This document shows positions 16,327 to 25,983 of a stretch of 32,000 bases of DNA, one piece after another. The stretch's first letter is position 1; the number at the start of each line of letters is the position of its first letter. The position numbers and the translations under genes were made by a program. The notes beneath the pieces were generated by a model that was not told where the DNA came from, did not search any database, and saw only the letters and a list, made by a program, of their open reading frames with translations. Source of the stretch: Bdellovibrionales bacterium (GTDB taxonomy: Bacteria; Bdellovibrionota; Bdellovibrionia; Bdellovibrionales; UBA1609); NCBI GenBank assembly GCA_965247685.1, contig OZ252021.1:870001-902000 (forward strand), given 5' to 3'.

Positions 16327-17603
16327 GGCTTGTTTCTCTGCGAAGGAGGATTCTTTTTGAAAGGAAGGGCAGTTCTAATGAAATTTCCGTTATATCTTCG
16401 ATTCAAATCATGATGAGTTAATTCTGAAAGCTGAATGGCAGATGTTTCGAAAACAGTATGTGGTTGCCGATACATATTGTGTAAAAATAGTAAGGGAGTG
16501 GTAAAGAGTTCATATTTGAAGGAAAGAGATCGAAGCTTATTGGTTTGTGAATCATCGTTTGCATAATTTTCTTCCTTTTGGGATAGGTAAGGCTGATAAT
16601 TCTGTACAGTGAGCTGTTCTTCAAAAGTATAAGGGTAACAAGAGCTCACTTCGTAGAGAAAACTTCGTAAAAAGGTCACATACTTAATGCTGCGTACAAG
16701 TAGACTTAGATCTTGTTGAAATTGCGGATCGATTAGTTGAAATAGAGAATCTGGAATCTCTATGATTTGGTAGTAGTTGAGGTTATTAATATCTAAGTGC
16801 TGATAAAAACTGTAATGGTCTTTCATAGAGCGAACAAGGTTGAGAGTAGTGATGTAAAAAATTCTTATATAGTTGTTTTGCTGAAGCCATTGAGTCAGCG
16901 ATTGTTGTTGTGTATTTACTTCTTCCCCTATCTCTTTATATTTCTCATAAAGGCTAGAGTTGCAAAATACGTACTGGGCTGGAGTCAGTTGAATATTTGT
17001 TCCAGCCGTTAACTGGGATAGCAGGTTGAGGTTAGAGGACTCTTCCTTATCAGAATCTTTAGGATTGGTAAATCTCAGTACTCGATTAATGTCTTTGTAT
17101 GGAGAGTTAAAATAATCATCTATTTGAATACTACTTCGGAATTGGGCAGTTTGAATATTTTCTTCAGTATGTTGAGGTTGAAGACCTATATTTTGTATTT
17201 TTTGCGTACTGTTTATGGGGATTTTTAACATTGTTTTAAAACCATGTTGTATTGCATACTCTACTAGAGATTGAGGAGGGTTGAGGGATTGTATGTTCCT
17301 TGCAACTCCTTTTTCAAGCAAGGTTTTGATGCGAAAAAGACTTTCAGTGGCAGTCATCTGAAATGTACTTGGAAGAGGTATGTCTTTGTGGTGATTGCTC
17401 AATTTCTCCATGGTAGAGAGTTTAAGTAATTCTAAACATGAGAAATCTATAGGAGTATTTAATGTAGATATTTTTCTAATTTTTCCTACTAAAGTGGACT
17501 CACCTTGAGTTGCGTTGTCACATAATGTAGTCGTCTCTTGCCCCCACAAACGAATTGGCAAATGAAGAACGACAAGGGCGATAAAAAAATAACATTTTTT
17601 CAT
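16323..17603 (-). CDS. exported protein of unknown function
   Basis: ATG start. Signal peptide MKKCYFFIALVVLHLPIRLWGQE. Q/N/Y-rich, with no recognisable motif. The stop overlaps the kamA-family start. Confidence 0.75.
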   Translation of the reverse strand: MKKCYFFIALVVLHLPIRLWGQETTTLCDNATQGESTLVGKIRKISTLNTPIDFSCLELLKLSTMEKLSNHHKDIPLPSTFQMTATESLFRIKTLLEKGVARNIQSLNPPQSLVEYAIQHGFKTMLKIPINSTQKIQNIGLQPQHTEENIQTAQFRSSIQIDDYFNSPYKDINRVLRFTNPKDSDKEESSNLNLLSQLTAGTNIQLTPAQYVFCNSSLYEKYKEIGEEVNTQQQSLTQWLQQNNYIRIFYITTLNLVRSMKDHYSFYQHLDINNLNYYQIIEIPDSLFQLIDPQFQQDLSLLVRSIKYVTFLRSFLYEVSSCYPYTFEEQLTVQNYQPYLSQKEENYANDDSQTNKLRSLSFKYELFTTPLLFLHNMYRQPHTVFETSAIQLSELTHHDLNRRYNGNFIRTALPFKKNPPSQRNKP

Positions 17604-17760
17604 AGGAGTAATTTTATATATAAAAATTCCATGTATGTAAACGACGTATTGTAAAATAATCTAGAATGCGAACAAGTATAACTAACAGGCTATATCTTTT
17701 TTTTACACATCGAGTTAACATGCTTTTCATATGAATTTAATCAATGGTAGAAGCTAGAGC

Positions 17761-18534
17761 ATGTATTGTTTAAGATTTTTTTTTATATTTTTAATTTTTT
17801 GTTCTACAGTTTCTCATGCCATGAGTTGGAAGGGGGAATGGCAAACTCGTTTTTATAGACCTATTCATTATTCTCAAAACGATTGGGATGATTTTACGGT
17901 TTATCATAGTTTACTTTTTGGGGTTCTTGCAGAAACATTTGAAGATACCCAAAACACATTACAATGGACTGTCAATATGAGCTACAATCATCCCTTAAAG
18001 AAAGTTCCGAAGGTGTACGGTTGGGGGCCTTTGCAATTTGGAGTTTCATATAAAATTTATCCTTCTTATCAATTATTTGTTCATCTCGCCACCTCATATT
18101 TAAAAGATTTTTATACGAGTCCTCTCTTATTTGGTTTTGAGTGGGGAGGTCGAAAGACTTTTGCTTTTAAGACTTTTTCTTTGGAATGGGATCATTTCAT
18201 ATCTTTTAACGCCCCCCGTTACCTTTTAAGAAGTTTTTTAGGGAGTTACTTTCATAATAATCTTTTATCTTTGGGTTCTTCTATTGACTGCTATACTTCG
18301 ATCTACAAGGGGTGGCAACTTTACTCTCGATGGGGTTTTTATACATTCTATACTTATTCAAAAAATCTTTACTATACATGGGATTCAGAATGGATTTTAT
18401 CGTATTCTATGCATCGATGGAGTGTCTTCTTCTCATTTATTAAGAACTTTAACAGCAGAGAGTTTTTAAATATGCAAAACTTTACTGCTTATGACAAAGC
18501 ATTACATACAGGTATAAAAATTAATTTTCTATAA
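17761..18534 (+). CDS. putative small outer-membrane beta-barrel protein
   Basis: Signal peptide MYCLRFFFIFLIFCSTVSHA. The sequence is very aromatic-rich (W/Y/F) with an alternating pattern and has a C-terminal ...GIKINFL. The assignment rests on composition only. Confidence 0.6.
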   Translation: MYCLRFFFIFLIFCSTVSHAMSWKGEWQTRFYRPIHYSQNDWDDFTVYHSLLFGVLAETFEDTQNTLQWTVNMSYNHPLKKVPKVYGWGPLQFGVSYKIYPSYQLFVHLATSYLKDFYTSPLLFGFEWGGRKTFAFKTFSLEWDHFISFNAPRYLLRSFLGSYFHNNLLSLGSSIDCYTSIYKGWQLYSRWGFYTFYTYSKNLYYTWDSEWILSYSMHRWSVFFSFIKNFNSREFLNMQNFTAYDKALHTGIKINFL

Positions 18535-18540
18535 ATTGAT

Positions 18541-21500
18541 ATGAATAGACTTGTGTTTTTGATCAAAATCTTGTTTATAGAGTCAGAAATGATGCAGATA
18601 TTATATAAAACTTTTTATTTTATCTTTTTGTGTGCCACGGGGTTGTCTTGTACATTAGAGCTCCCTCTTCAATTTTCTCCTAATAGTGATAAGCAAGATC
18701 AAGTTTTTTCCATTGAAGATATCCATCAGTTGGAATGTGGTATTCGAACTTTATCTGCTTTTGAAGAGAACAGCTTGGAGATTTCAGCCCAGCATTTAGT
18801 GATTGAGGCTAATCAACCGCCTTCGGTAGTTTTTCCTTCAGAGTCTTCTCTCGCGCCGCCTATTATTAACAATTTACCGTTTGTTCAGTATCAAGTGGAG
18901 GGTTCGTCCGTCTGCGAATTATTACTTGCTCAAAAAACAATTCGTCTGATAGCTCAGCCGAATGAATATTATAAAGTTCATTTTCAAATTGTGGGTTCTT
19001 ATTTAAGAGTGTTTATATCTGGAGATCTTCATCGTCTTCCTTATCAATGGCTTTCTCAAAGAGTAGTGATGAAAAATGGTCAGTATGCACTACCTATTGG
19101 AGTTTATTCTATTCTTCAAGGTCGTGTACAACCAATGAAAAATGTAGAAAATGAAGAAATCCACATTTTAGATTTTTTCCCCAACGAAGAACCTTTGGTT
19201 CGATTTGAAGATTCAAAAGGGCTGGTGCATTGGGTGCGTTCGGAGTCTCAAGATATTTTTATTGTCGATTTGAATAAAGGGCTGACTTCTTATCAATACC
19301 AAGAGAAGAAAAATATTTTACCTAAAAATTATTTTGATGGCGAGTGGTACTCTCAGGTGAGTTTACATTTAACAGAACCATTAAAGTCGCAAGGGGGATG
19401 GGGCTCTGGTGTAAGTGTCTCTGGTAACAACTATTCTGGAAAAATGTTGGGGCAAAAAATATACTTTAAATTTGAATTCCAAAATTTAAAGGCCCTAAAT
19501 TATAACTATGCCCATCAAACTCAATCTTTGAACTTAGGTGCAGAGGCTGAAGCTTTATCCATTCCTATTGAGCATTTGGACTATCGCAATGTTATAAATA
19601 AAAACGAGGATGTGTCTCAAGAAAAGCTGGACAAGTATACTTCATGGCAAGACAAGAAATATATTTCTGCTCATTTTGATAAAGTATCTGACTTTTTTAG
19701 AGATTGGGTGAAAAGAGTAGGGGTTCGATATGGCTATGACTTGTCTGATACGACGACTTTGAAAGAAATTCGTTTTGCTTCAAACTATTTTGACTTTGTA
19801 GTTTATGATGGGACTTTTGAATATCGCTTTTCTTTCTTCAAAAAAGAAAAAGATTCTCACTATAAACCTAAAACTATAGCTGCCACAGATTTAAGGTTTG
19901 AGTTTTTTAATGTTCCTTATAATCAAGTTTTTTCTTCACCTTTAGACTCTTTTAATCGAGAGTATGAGGAAAAAATTAATCTTCTAAGACCTCAGCCTGA
20001 CAAAGATGGTAATATTCATATTCACTTTTCTCGTTTGACTCCAAAGAACGATAAAACTCGAAGTATTGGTCGTGAAGCAGTTTTCGTTTGGAATCAAGCT
20101 TTAGAAAAGGCAAGTCTTCCCTTAAAACTTGTATTGCATGAAGATAAGGATGTGAACCTTGGAGACAGTCGATATCATGTACTCCATATACCTGAGGAGC
20201 TGAAAAAAGCTTATGGAGGAATTGCTCAAACACTGGTGGATGACGAAACGGGTGAGGTGATTTCTTCAACTTCCACAGTTCTTTTAGATGATTATAAATT
20301 TTTTCTAGAGAAAAAAATTATTGATTATGTATACACCAAGTATAGTTTGATTAATTCTATAACGAGTCCCTTTGTTGATTATCCAAAAATAAAGAATAAT
20401 CGTTTTGCACATAGTTTTTCTCAAGAAAAGCTTCCTTTTTCCGTAGATACTTTAGAATATGTGTGGGTTCAACATACCATGAACCAGCATCAAAGTGTGA
20501 TTTTCCCTCGTTCTGTAAAGAATTCTTGGTACGATAGTATTCTTCAATATTTCGAATTTAAAAAAGATGTGCGAAAGAATTGGCTGCAAACACTTTCTAA
20601 TCCTACCATCTCAGACATTAGTCACTTACCTCCGGAACTGAAAGCGTGGTGGAATGATTTTAAACTGCAGTACGCTTTAATACATCAAAAGTTTGTGGAA
20701 GAGGAAAACTGGAATACTATTCTAGAAAATGTTCGGCAATGGGGAGCAACGAGTGAATATCGTTCAATAGCTTCTAGTAATTTACATCAAACCTTGTCTA
20801 AAGTGTGTCACTTCCTTCCTCATCCTCTCCAACAAGAAAAAGATGTTTTTAAAACAGCAGTTCGACAATGTGTCGAAGCTATTCTTCCTATATATGGTTT
20901 AGGAATAGCTGTTCATGAAATAGGGCATTCCATTTTTTCTCTTCGTCATAATTTTGCAGGAAGTACAGATGCTCATAATATTAAAAACTCCCCCTCTTAT
21001 CAATTGAAGCATCTTAAGTCTTATCTTTCTTACACTGATTCAAAAGGTCAAAAAACTTCTCTTGAAGATCAATTTAATCCTGTATCCTCTTCTGTCATGG
21101 AATATATTGCTGTTGCAGATGGAGATCAGTGGGGACCAGGTTCTTATGATATTGCAGCGATTGAATATTTATTCGCTGACTTTGGTGTTTCGTCCAAAGA
21201 GTCTGTTGAAAAAGATTCTGTTGAAAAATTTTCCAATCATTTTGAAAGATGCTCGGATTATGAAGTTAATACTTCTGCTTATTGTCTCACTCACGACAAA
21301 GGTGTGACTCCTCTGGAAATTACAAGAAATGAAGTACGCAATTTATTAGAATACTTGAATCAAAACTTTTATGATCTCGAATATTCGGTATCACCTCTTA
21401 AATATCATTTCACTTTATTCCGCCAGATTAAAAAGTTAGTGGTAATTTACAGTGACTGGAGGGCGAAGCTACGTAATCTATCTGTTCAATTTTTGAATGA

Positions 21501-23961
21501 AAGTCCTGAGAAATTGGATCAACAAGAATGGAAAAAACTAATTAATGAAGTCATTCTCAGAGGAAAGTCTGATATCGGAACTCCACAAGAAAAAGAACTC
21601 TATAGTTTTTATCAAGCTCGGAATTTAATTTATCATACTTTGACCTACCTCTCATTTTTACCCAATAGATATTGTGTGTTAGAAAAAAGATGGTCTCGAT
21701 TTAAAAATTTGGAGGATAAGAAATGGAAACCTTCAGTGAAGGTATTACTGGAGCTATCTAAAGTCATAGCTCATCAAAGAGTAGATGATAGTCAGCCACA
21801 ATTAAAACCTTTGCTTTCTTGCTGGGCAAGTGAAAAAAAGGCTCAACCTCATCCTGTTGTCGAGCGATACATGAAAACTTATTACCCTCACTACAAGCTC
21901 CAAGAAGAGGTGGGGCATTTCTTATACCCAGACTCTTTCCCTAAAAATGCTCCATATCGACATCTCTTTAGACCTTCTTCTTACAAAGGGAGTGTCTTAC
22001 TACGTCTTTTTGCTTTTGCTGCTTTATCTATGACACAGCCGATCTATCAGGCTTCTTCTCATAGACCTGCTTATTTCTCTATGATGAGTGAGCATGATAT
22101 TTCTGAAGGGGTCGAGCGTTTATTGATCACCCGTCTGACTCGAGGAGTCTTTTTATATCAAACAGACTTTTTTAAATCGTTGCAAAATATATCTTTTGAG
22201 GATCTCACTCCTGAAAAATCTGCACAAGCACTGTTTAAGTTCCCTTCTATCCGTAAAGGTCAGGACTTAGTTTTAAGAGATGAGTTTATTCAGCCTAGTA
22301 AATTAATAGATAAAGCCTCTCGCCCTTATATGCGGGATGATCAAAATAGATTAAAATTTTATCAAAATTTTTCAGAAGAGTCTTCTTTACTCAATATATT
22401 TAATATGTTCTTTCACATATCATATTCTTTATCCAGTGGATTTACTCATGAAATGGTCAGTAACAAAAGTGTCGAGTGGACCAAAGATTTAGATTTATTT
22501 CCAGCTCTCACATCCTTTGTCTTAGCTTCTAAAGCCAGAAACCACATTCCTTACAATATTTATCCTCAATTATCATCTTTATATTATTTTGAGTTGGATG
22601 ATATTTTAGTTTTACCTTCTTTTTCTATATCTTCTGATAATTTTGGCAATCACTTGCTCAGTGAGCTTTCTAAAAATTCTGTAAGGCAGTTGTGGACGCC
22701 TCTTCATAATAAGATGTTGCAAGGATCATCTCATCCTGTTTTTCAAAATAGTGGTTTGGTCGAAGGCTTATTCAGTTATCTTCAAAAATTAATCCAACAA
22801 TATCAAGGAACTCGATTAGGTCGTTTTTATTTTATGTATGCTTATCTTTCTATTCTAGGACAATTAGAAGCATACGAATATATATTAAAAATGGAGAGTC
22901 CTATTGACTTGCATAAGCAGACTAATAAATGGACTAGTCATTTTGAAAATACAATCAATGAACTCTTTTATTTTCGAAGATGTCAAATAGAAGATATCAA
23001 TAGTTATTTGAACAAGTTGTCTCAGATTGCACCTTCGTTTAGGCAAGTTGATGCTGAAGATAAGAGTGCAGCTCGATCTGTTTGGGGGGGGTTCAAGAAT
23101 TTTTTACAACAAAAAATACAAATCTCGTATAGCAAGTATTGTCCTTCTCCTCTAAAGGATAGAGGGAAAATGGTGGATATGTTTTATAAACAAGGTCTGA
23201 TTTTCAATACTCAAAGATCTCAAGAGTGGAATAGTACTTTGAGAGGAAATCAAAAAGGGCTGAATTATCCGTATCAAAAAATAACTACAGATTTCTTTTT
23301 TCAAGAGACTTTAAATTCTTTAGAGTCTCATCTTTCTTCTCAAGGAGGTGTGCCGGGTATTCACTTGTCTGTACAGATGCTTTTTCATGAGTTGTTTTCT
23401 ACTTCTGATGATGTTCCGTTGATGCAATCTAGAGTATCTATGCTGAGGCAGCTTATGATAGATGTCGTTCCTAAAATGATGTTGATGTATTCAGAGGATA
23501 GAATCTTTATAGGAGAAATGATGATTCTTATGTCTGTGATGCACCAATTTTGTTTTTATGGAGATCCTACAGGTAATTATTGTCGTCTTGCCACTGAAAA
23601 GATTGTAGGGAATTATTTTAAAGGTTCTAATTATGGAGAAGATGAAAAAATAAATAACATTTTCGGAAGAATGTTTGATGGATATCTAAATGATAGCAAC
23701 AAAATTCCTGTACAATTGTTTTTGAGTAAAAATGCTAAGAATTATTTTGACCGTTCGATTAACACTCTTCCTTTTGATTTAGAGGTGATCACGGACTACT
23801 TATTCTATGAAAGGGGATGGGATGCTTCCGATGTGAACAATCTAGAACTGAATGCTCAAAGACAGTTGTTGTTTTCTTTGCTCCCTTTAACTTCATTAAG
23901 AATGCTCAACTCTTCCTTGGTCTTCAAGTTAGCAAATTGGAATCCTATTTTGAATTTTTAA
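18541..23961 (+). CDS. very large (1806 aa) lipoprotein with a zinc-metalloprotease HExxH motif (DUF4953/'Met-zincin'-like core)
   Basis: AVHEIGHSIFSLRHNFAGS is present (HEIGH = 20914-20928, residues 792-796), followed by ...SSVMEY. These resemble the HE.GH..GLRHNF..S / SVMDY signature of the uncharacterised zinc-dependent metalloprotease family. The likely true start is the MM at 18589, which gives the lipoprotein signal MMQILYKTFYFIFLCATGLSC. Confidence 0.8.
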   Translation: MNRLVFLIKILFIESEMMQILYKTFYFIFLCATGLSCTLELPLQFSPNSDKQDQVFSIEDIHQLECGIRTLSAFEENSLEISAQHLVIEANQPPSVVFPSESSLAPPIINNLPFVQYQVEGSSVCELLLAQKTIRLIAQPNEYYKVHFQIVGSYLRVFISGDLHRLPYQWLSQRVVMKNGQYALPIGVYSILQGRVQPMKNVENEEIHILDFFPNEEPLVRFEDSKGLVHWVRSESQDIFIVDLNKGLTSYQYQEKKNILPKNYFDGEWYSQVSLHLTEPLKSQGGWGSGVSVSGNNYSGKMLGQKIYFKFEFQNLKALNYNYAHQTQSLNLGAEAEALSIPIEHLDYRNVINKNEDVSQEKLDKYTSWQDKKYISAHFDKVSDFFRDWVKRVGVRYGYDLSDTTTLKEIRFASNYFDFVVYDGTFEYRFSFFKKEKDSHYKPKTIAATDLRFEFFNVPYNQVFSSPLDSFNREYEEKINLLRPQPDKDGNIHIHFSRLTPKNDKTRSIGREAVFVWNQALEKASLPLKLVLHEDKDVNLGDSRYHVLHIPEELKKAYGGIAQTLVDDETGEVISSTSTVLLDDYKFFLEKKIIDYVYTKYSLINSITSPFVDYPKIKNNRFAHSFSQEKLPFSVDTLEYVWVQHTMNQHQSVIFPRSVKNSWYDSILQYFEFKKDVRKNWLQTLSNPTISDISHLPPELKAWWNDFKLQYALIHQKFVEEENWNTILENVRQWGATSEYRSIASSNLHQTLSKVCHFLPHPLQQEKDVFKTAVRQCVEAILPIYGLGIAVHEIGHSIFSLRHNFAGSTDAHNIKNSPSYQLKHLKSYLSYTDSKGQKTSLEDQFNPVSSSVMEYIAVADGDQWGPGSYDIAAIEYLFADFGVSSKESVEKDSVEKFSNHFERCSDYEVNTSAYCLTHDKGVTPLEITRNEVRNLLEYLNQNFYDLEYSVSPLKYHFTLFRQIKKLVVIYSDWRAKLRNLSVQFLNESPEKLDQQEWKKLINEVILRGKSDIGTPQEKELYSFYQARNLIYHTLTYLSFLPNRYCVLEKRWSRFKNLEDKKWKPSVKVLLELSKVIAHQRVDDSQPQLKPLLSCWASEKKAQPHPVVERYMKTYYPHYKLQEEVGHFLYPDSFPKNAPYRHLFRPSSYKGSVLLRLFAFAALSMTQPIYQASSHRPAYFSMMSEHDISEGVERLLITRLTRGVFLYQTDFFKSLQNISFEDLTPEKSAQALFKFPSIRKGQDLVLRDEFIQPSKLIDKASRPYMRDDQNRLKFYQNFSEESSLLNIFNMFFHISYSLSSGFTHEMVSNKSVEWTKDLDLFPALTSFVLASKARNHIPYNIYPQLSSLYYFELDDILVLPSFSISSDNFGNHLLSELSKNSVRQLWTPLHNKMLQGSSHPVFQNSGLVEGLFSYLQKLIQQYQGTRLGRFYFMYAYLSILGQLEAYEYILKMESPIDLHKQTNKWTSHFENTINELFYFRRCQIEDINSYLNKLSQIAPSFRQVDAEDKSAARSVWGGFKNFLQQKIQISYSKYCPSPLKDRGKMVDMFYKQGLIFNTQRSQEWNSTLRGNQKGLNYPYQKITTDFFFQETLNSLESHLSSQGGVPGIHLSVQMLFHELFSTSDDVPLMQSRVSMLRQLMIDVVPKMMLMYSEDRIFIGEMMILMSVMHQFCFYGDPTGNYCRLATEKIVGNYFKGSNYGEDEKINNIFGRMFDGYLNDSNKIPVQLFLSKNAKNYFDRSINTLPFDLEVITDYLFYERGWDASDVNNLELNAQRQLLFSLLPLTSLRMLNSSLVFKLANWNPILNF

Positions 23962-23998
23962 TCTTCATTTTGATATTAGAATTACATGATAAATAAAT

Positions 23999-24919
23999 TT
24001 ATCGTTTATCTTTAGAAGAAGGATCTAAGGCATCTTGTAAGCCGTCACCTAAAAGATTAAAGGCTAGACAAGTGAGGAATAAACATACGCCTGGTGCAAT
24101 CATTAAATGTGGGTAAACTCTGAATAATCTCCAACCTTCGTTAGATAAAATCCCCCAGCTGCTGTACGGAGGCTGCAATCCTAATCCTAAGAAGCTTAAA
24201 AAACTTTCACTCAAAATATTAAGAGGCATTTGCATTGTTAAAAGAACAATAATAGGCCCCATCATATTAGGTAGAATTTGTTTAAGAATAATTCTAGAAT
24301 GTTTTGCTCCTAACGCTCGCGCCGCCTCCACATACAAAGAGTTTTTCAACTGTAACACCTGACCTCTGACTACTCGTCCCAAAGTCATCCATCCAGAAAT
24401 GCTTAAAGCGATCAACATACCAATAACAGATCGAAGTTCGGGGTTATCAATATCCATGACAGATTCAAAAATAATTTTTATTATAATGATTAATACTAAT
24501 AAAGGAATGGAGTACATAATGTCTAAGACTCTCATCATGACAGCATCCACTCGCCCTCCAAACCATCCTGAAATAGACCCGTAAAAAGCTCCAAATATCA
24601 ATGCGAGTAAAGAAGACAATATACCAATGGCCATTGAAACACGAGAGCCATAGATGAGTCGAGAGAGTAGGTCTCGGCCGAGGTCATCCGTACCTAACCA
24701 GTGCTTCCAAGAAGGGGAGGAAAAAATCATATCTAGATTTTGCTGATCAAAAGGGTAGGGAGATATTTGATTTGCAAATAAGGATATCAGGATCATAAAT
24801 AAGAGAAAAACTCCACAACAAACAGCTAATTTGTTCTTGGATAATGTTTTAAATGATTCGTACCAAATATTTTTTTTAAAAGTAAAATAGACTAATTTTT
24901 CTTCGAGTTTCTTTTTCAT
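23999..24919 (-). CDS. peptide-type ABC transporter permease (OppC/DppC-like)
   Basis: N-terminal OppC-type segment (...NKLAVCCGVFLLFMILISLFANQISPYPFDQQ), multiple TM segments and an EAA-like loop (YVEAARALGAKHSRIILKQILPN). ATGA overlap with the upstream gene. Confidence 0.88.
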   Translation of the reverse strand: MKKKLEEKLVYFTFKKNIWYESFKTLSKNKLAVCCGVFLLFMILISLFANQISPYPFDQQNLDMIFSSPSWKHWLGTDDLGRDLLSRLIYGSRVSMAIGILSSLLALIFGAFYGSISGWFGGRVDAVMMRVLDIMYSIPLLVLIIIIKIIFESVMDIDNPELRSVIGMLIALSISGWMTLGRVVRGQVLQLKNSLYVEAARALGAKHSRIILKQILPNMMGPIIVLLTMQMPLNILSESFLSFLGLGLQPPYSSWGILSNEGWRLFRVYPHLMIAPGVCLFLTCLAFNLLGDGLQDALDPSSKDKR

Positions 24920-25983
24920 GAAAGTTTGATCCTTGGGTCAAAATAACTATAAAGTAAATCTACAATGAGATTAGCTAAAATTAAAATCAAGCAGTAAACT
25001 AGTGTTGCTCCAAGCACCAGAGGGTAGTCTCGATTAGTTACCGATAAAATAAGATGTTTACTCATCCCTGGAATGGCAAAAATTTGCTCAATGATAAATG
25101 AACCTGTGAGTAAGCCAGCCACTAACGGACCAGAGAAAGTTAATACAGGAAGAAAAGCATTTTTTAAAACATGCTTATATAGAATCACAAAGGGATGAAG
25201 ACCTTTAGATTTTGCTGTTCGAATATAATCGGAATAGATAATTTCTAACATACTTGAACGAACCAAACGGGCGATCACTGAAACAGGCCTGGTTCCTAAT
25301 ACGAGTACAGGTAAAATATAGTAAGAAGGACCCTCCCATAATGCGACTTCAAACCAATCTAGATAGAAGCAAAAGAATAAAATTCCAAGAGGCGCCACTA
25401 AAAAAGAAGGGACAGCTAAACCGCTTATGGCTATCACCATAGCAATTCTATCCCAAAGTGTATTATGCTTAAATGCGGCGAGTGCTCCTAAAGGAATACC
25501 TAAAAGATAAGAGAGAATCAGGGCGTAAAGACCAAGTTGAACAGATACAGGCAAGCTATCCTTAATAATGTCTGTGACATTTTGTTCTAAGTATTTGAAA
25601 GACTCTCCTAGGTCTCCTTTTAATAATTTTTTCATGTAGATAAAATACTGTTCGTACAAAGGAGCATCTAAATGATACTTAGCTTGAATGTTGGCTTTAA
25701 TTTCTGGAGGCAGACTTCTTTCTTCGTCAAAAGGTCCTCCCGGAAGAGTTCGCAGAAGTACAAACACTAAAGAGGCTATAACAAGTAACAAAACAATGAC
25801 TCCGACAAGCCTTTTAAGTACATAAGTAAGAAGGTTTTTATTTGAAATATAGATGATAATATTCACAAGTAGTGAACCGATAGCTAGTCCAATTAAGAAT
25901 GTGGGAAGCTTATAGTAAGCAAAGCTCAAAGAAATCAAAGCTAAGGATGAAAGGGCTAATGTTAAAACAGCTATAGATTTCAT
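24916..25983 (-). CDS. peptide-type ABC transporter permease (OppB/DppB-like) with N-terminal extension
   Basis: ...VLKRLVGVIVLLLVIASLVFVLLRTLPGGP is the usual N-terminus of the OppB family. The EAA loop is DYIRTAKSKGLHPFVILYKHVLKNA. About 48 additional hydrophobic residues precede the canonical start. Confidence 0.88.
   Translation of the reverse strand: MKSIAVLTLALSSLALISLSFAYYKLPTFLIGLAIGSLLVNIIIYISNKNLLTYVLKRLVGVIVLLLVIASLVFVLLRTLPGGPFDEERSLPPEIKANIQAKYHLDAPLYEQYFIYMKKLLKGDLGESFKYLEQNVTDIIKDSLPVSVQLGLYALILSYLLGIPLGALAAFKHNTLWDRIAMVIAISGLAVPSFLVAPLGILFFCFYLDWFEVALWEGPSYYILPVLVLGTRPVSVIARLVRSSMLEIIYSDYIRTAKSKGLHPFVILYKHVLKNAFLPVLTFSGPLVAGLLTGSFIIEQIFAIPGMSKHLILSVTNRDYPLVLGATLVYCLILILANLIVDLLYSYFDPRIKLS

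Noticed and set aside
23988-24003. gataaa-taaa-tttatc hairpin between the convergent metalloprotease and permease genes as a bidirectional terminator
   Set aside because: The 6-bp stem is all A/T and overlaps the permease stop codon. There is no flanking U tract. It is thermodynamically negligible.
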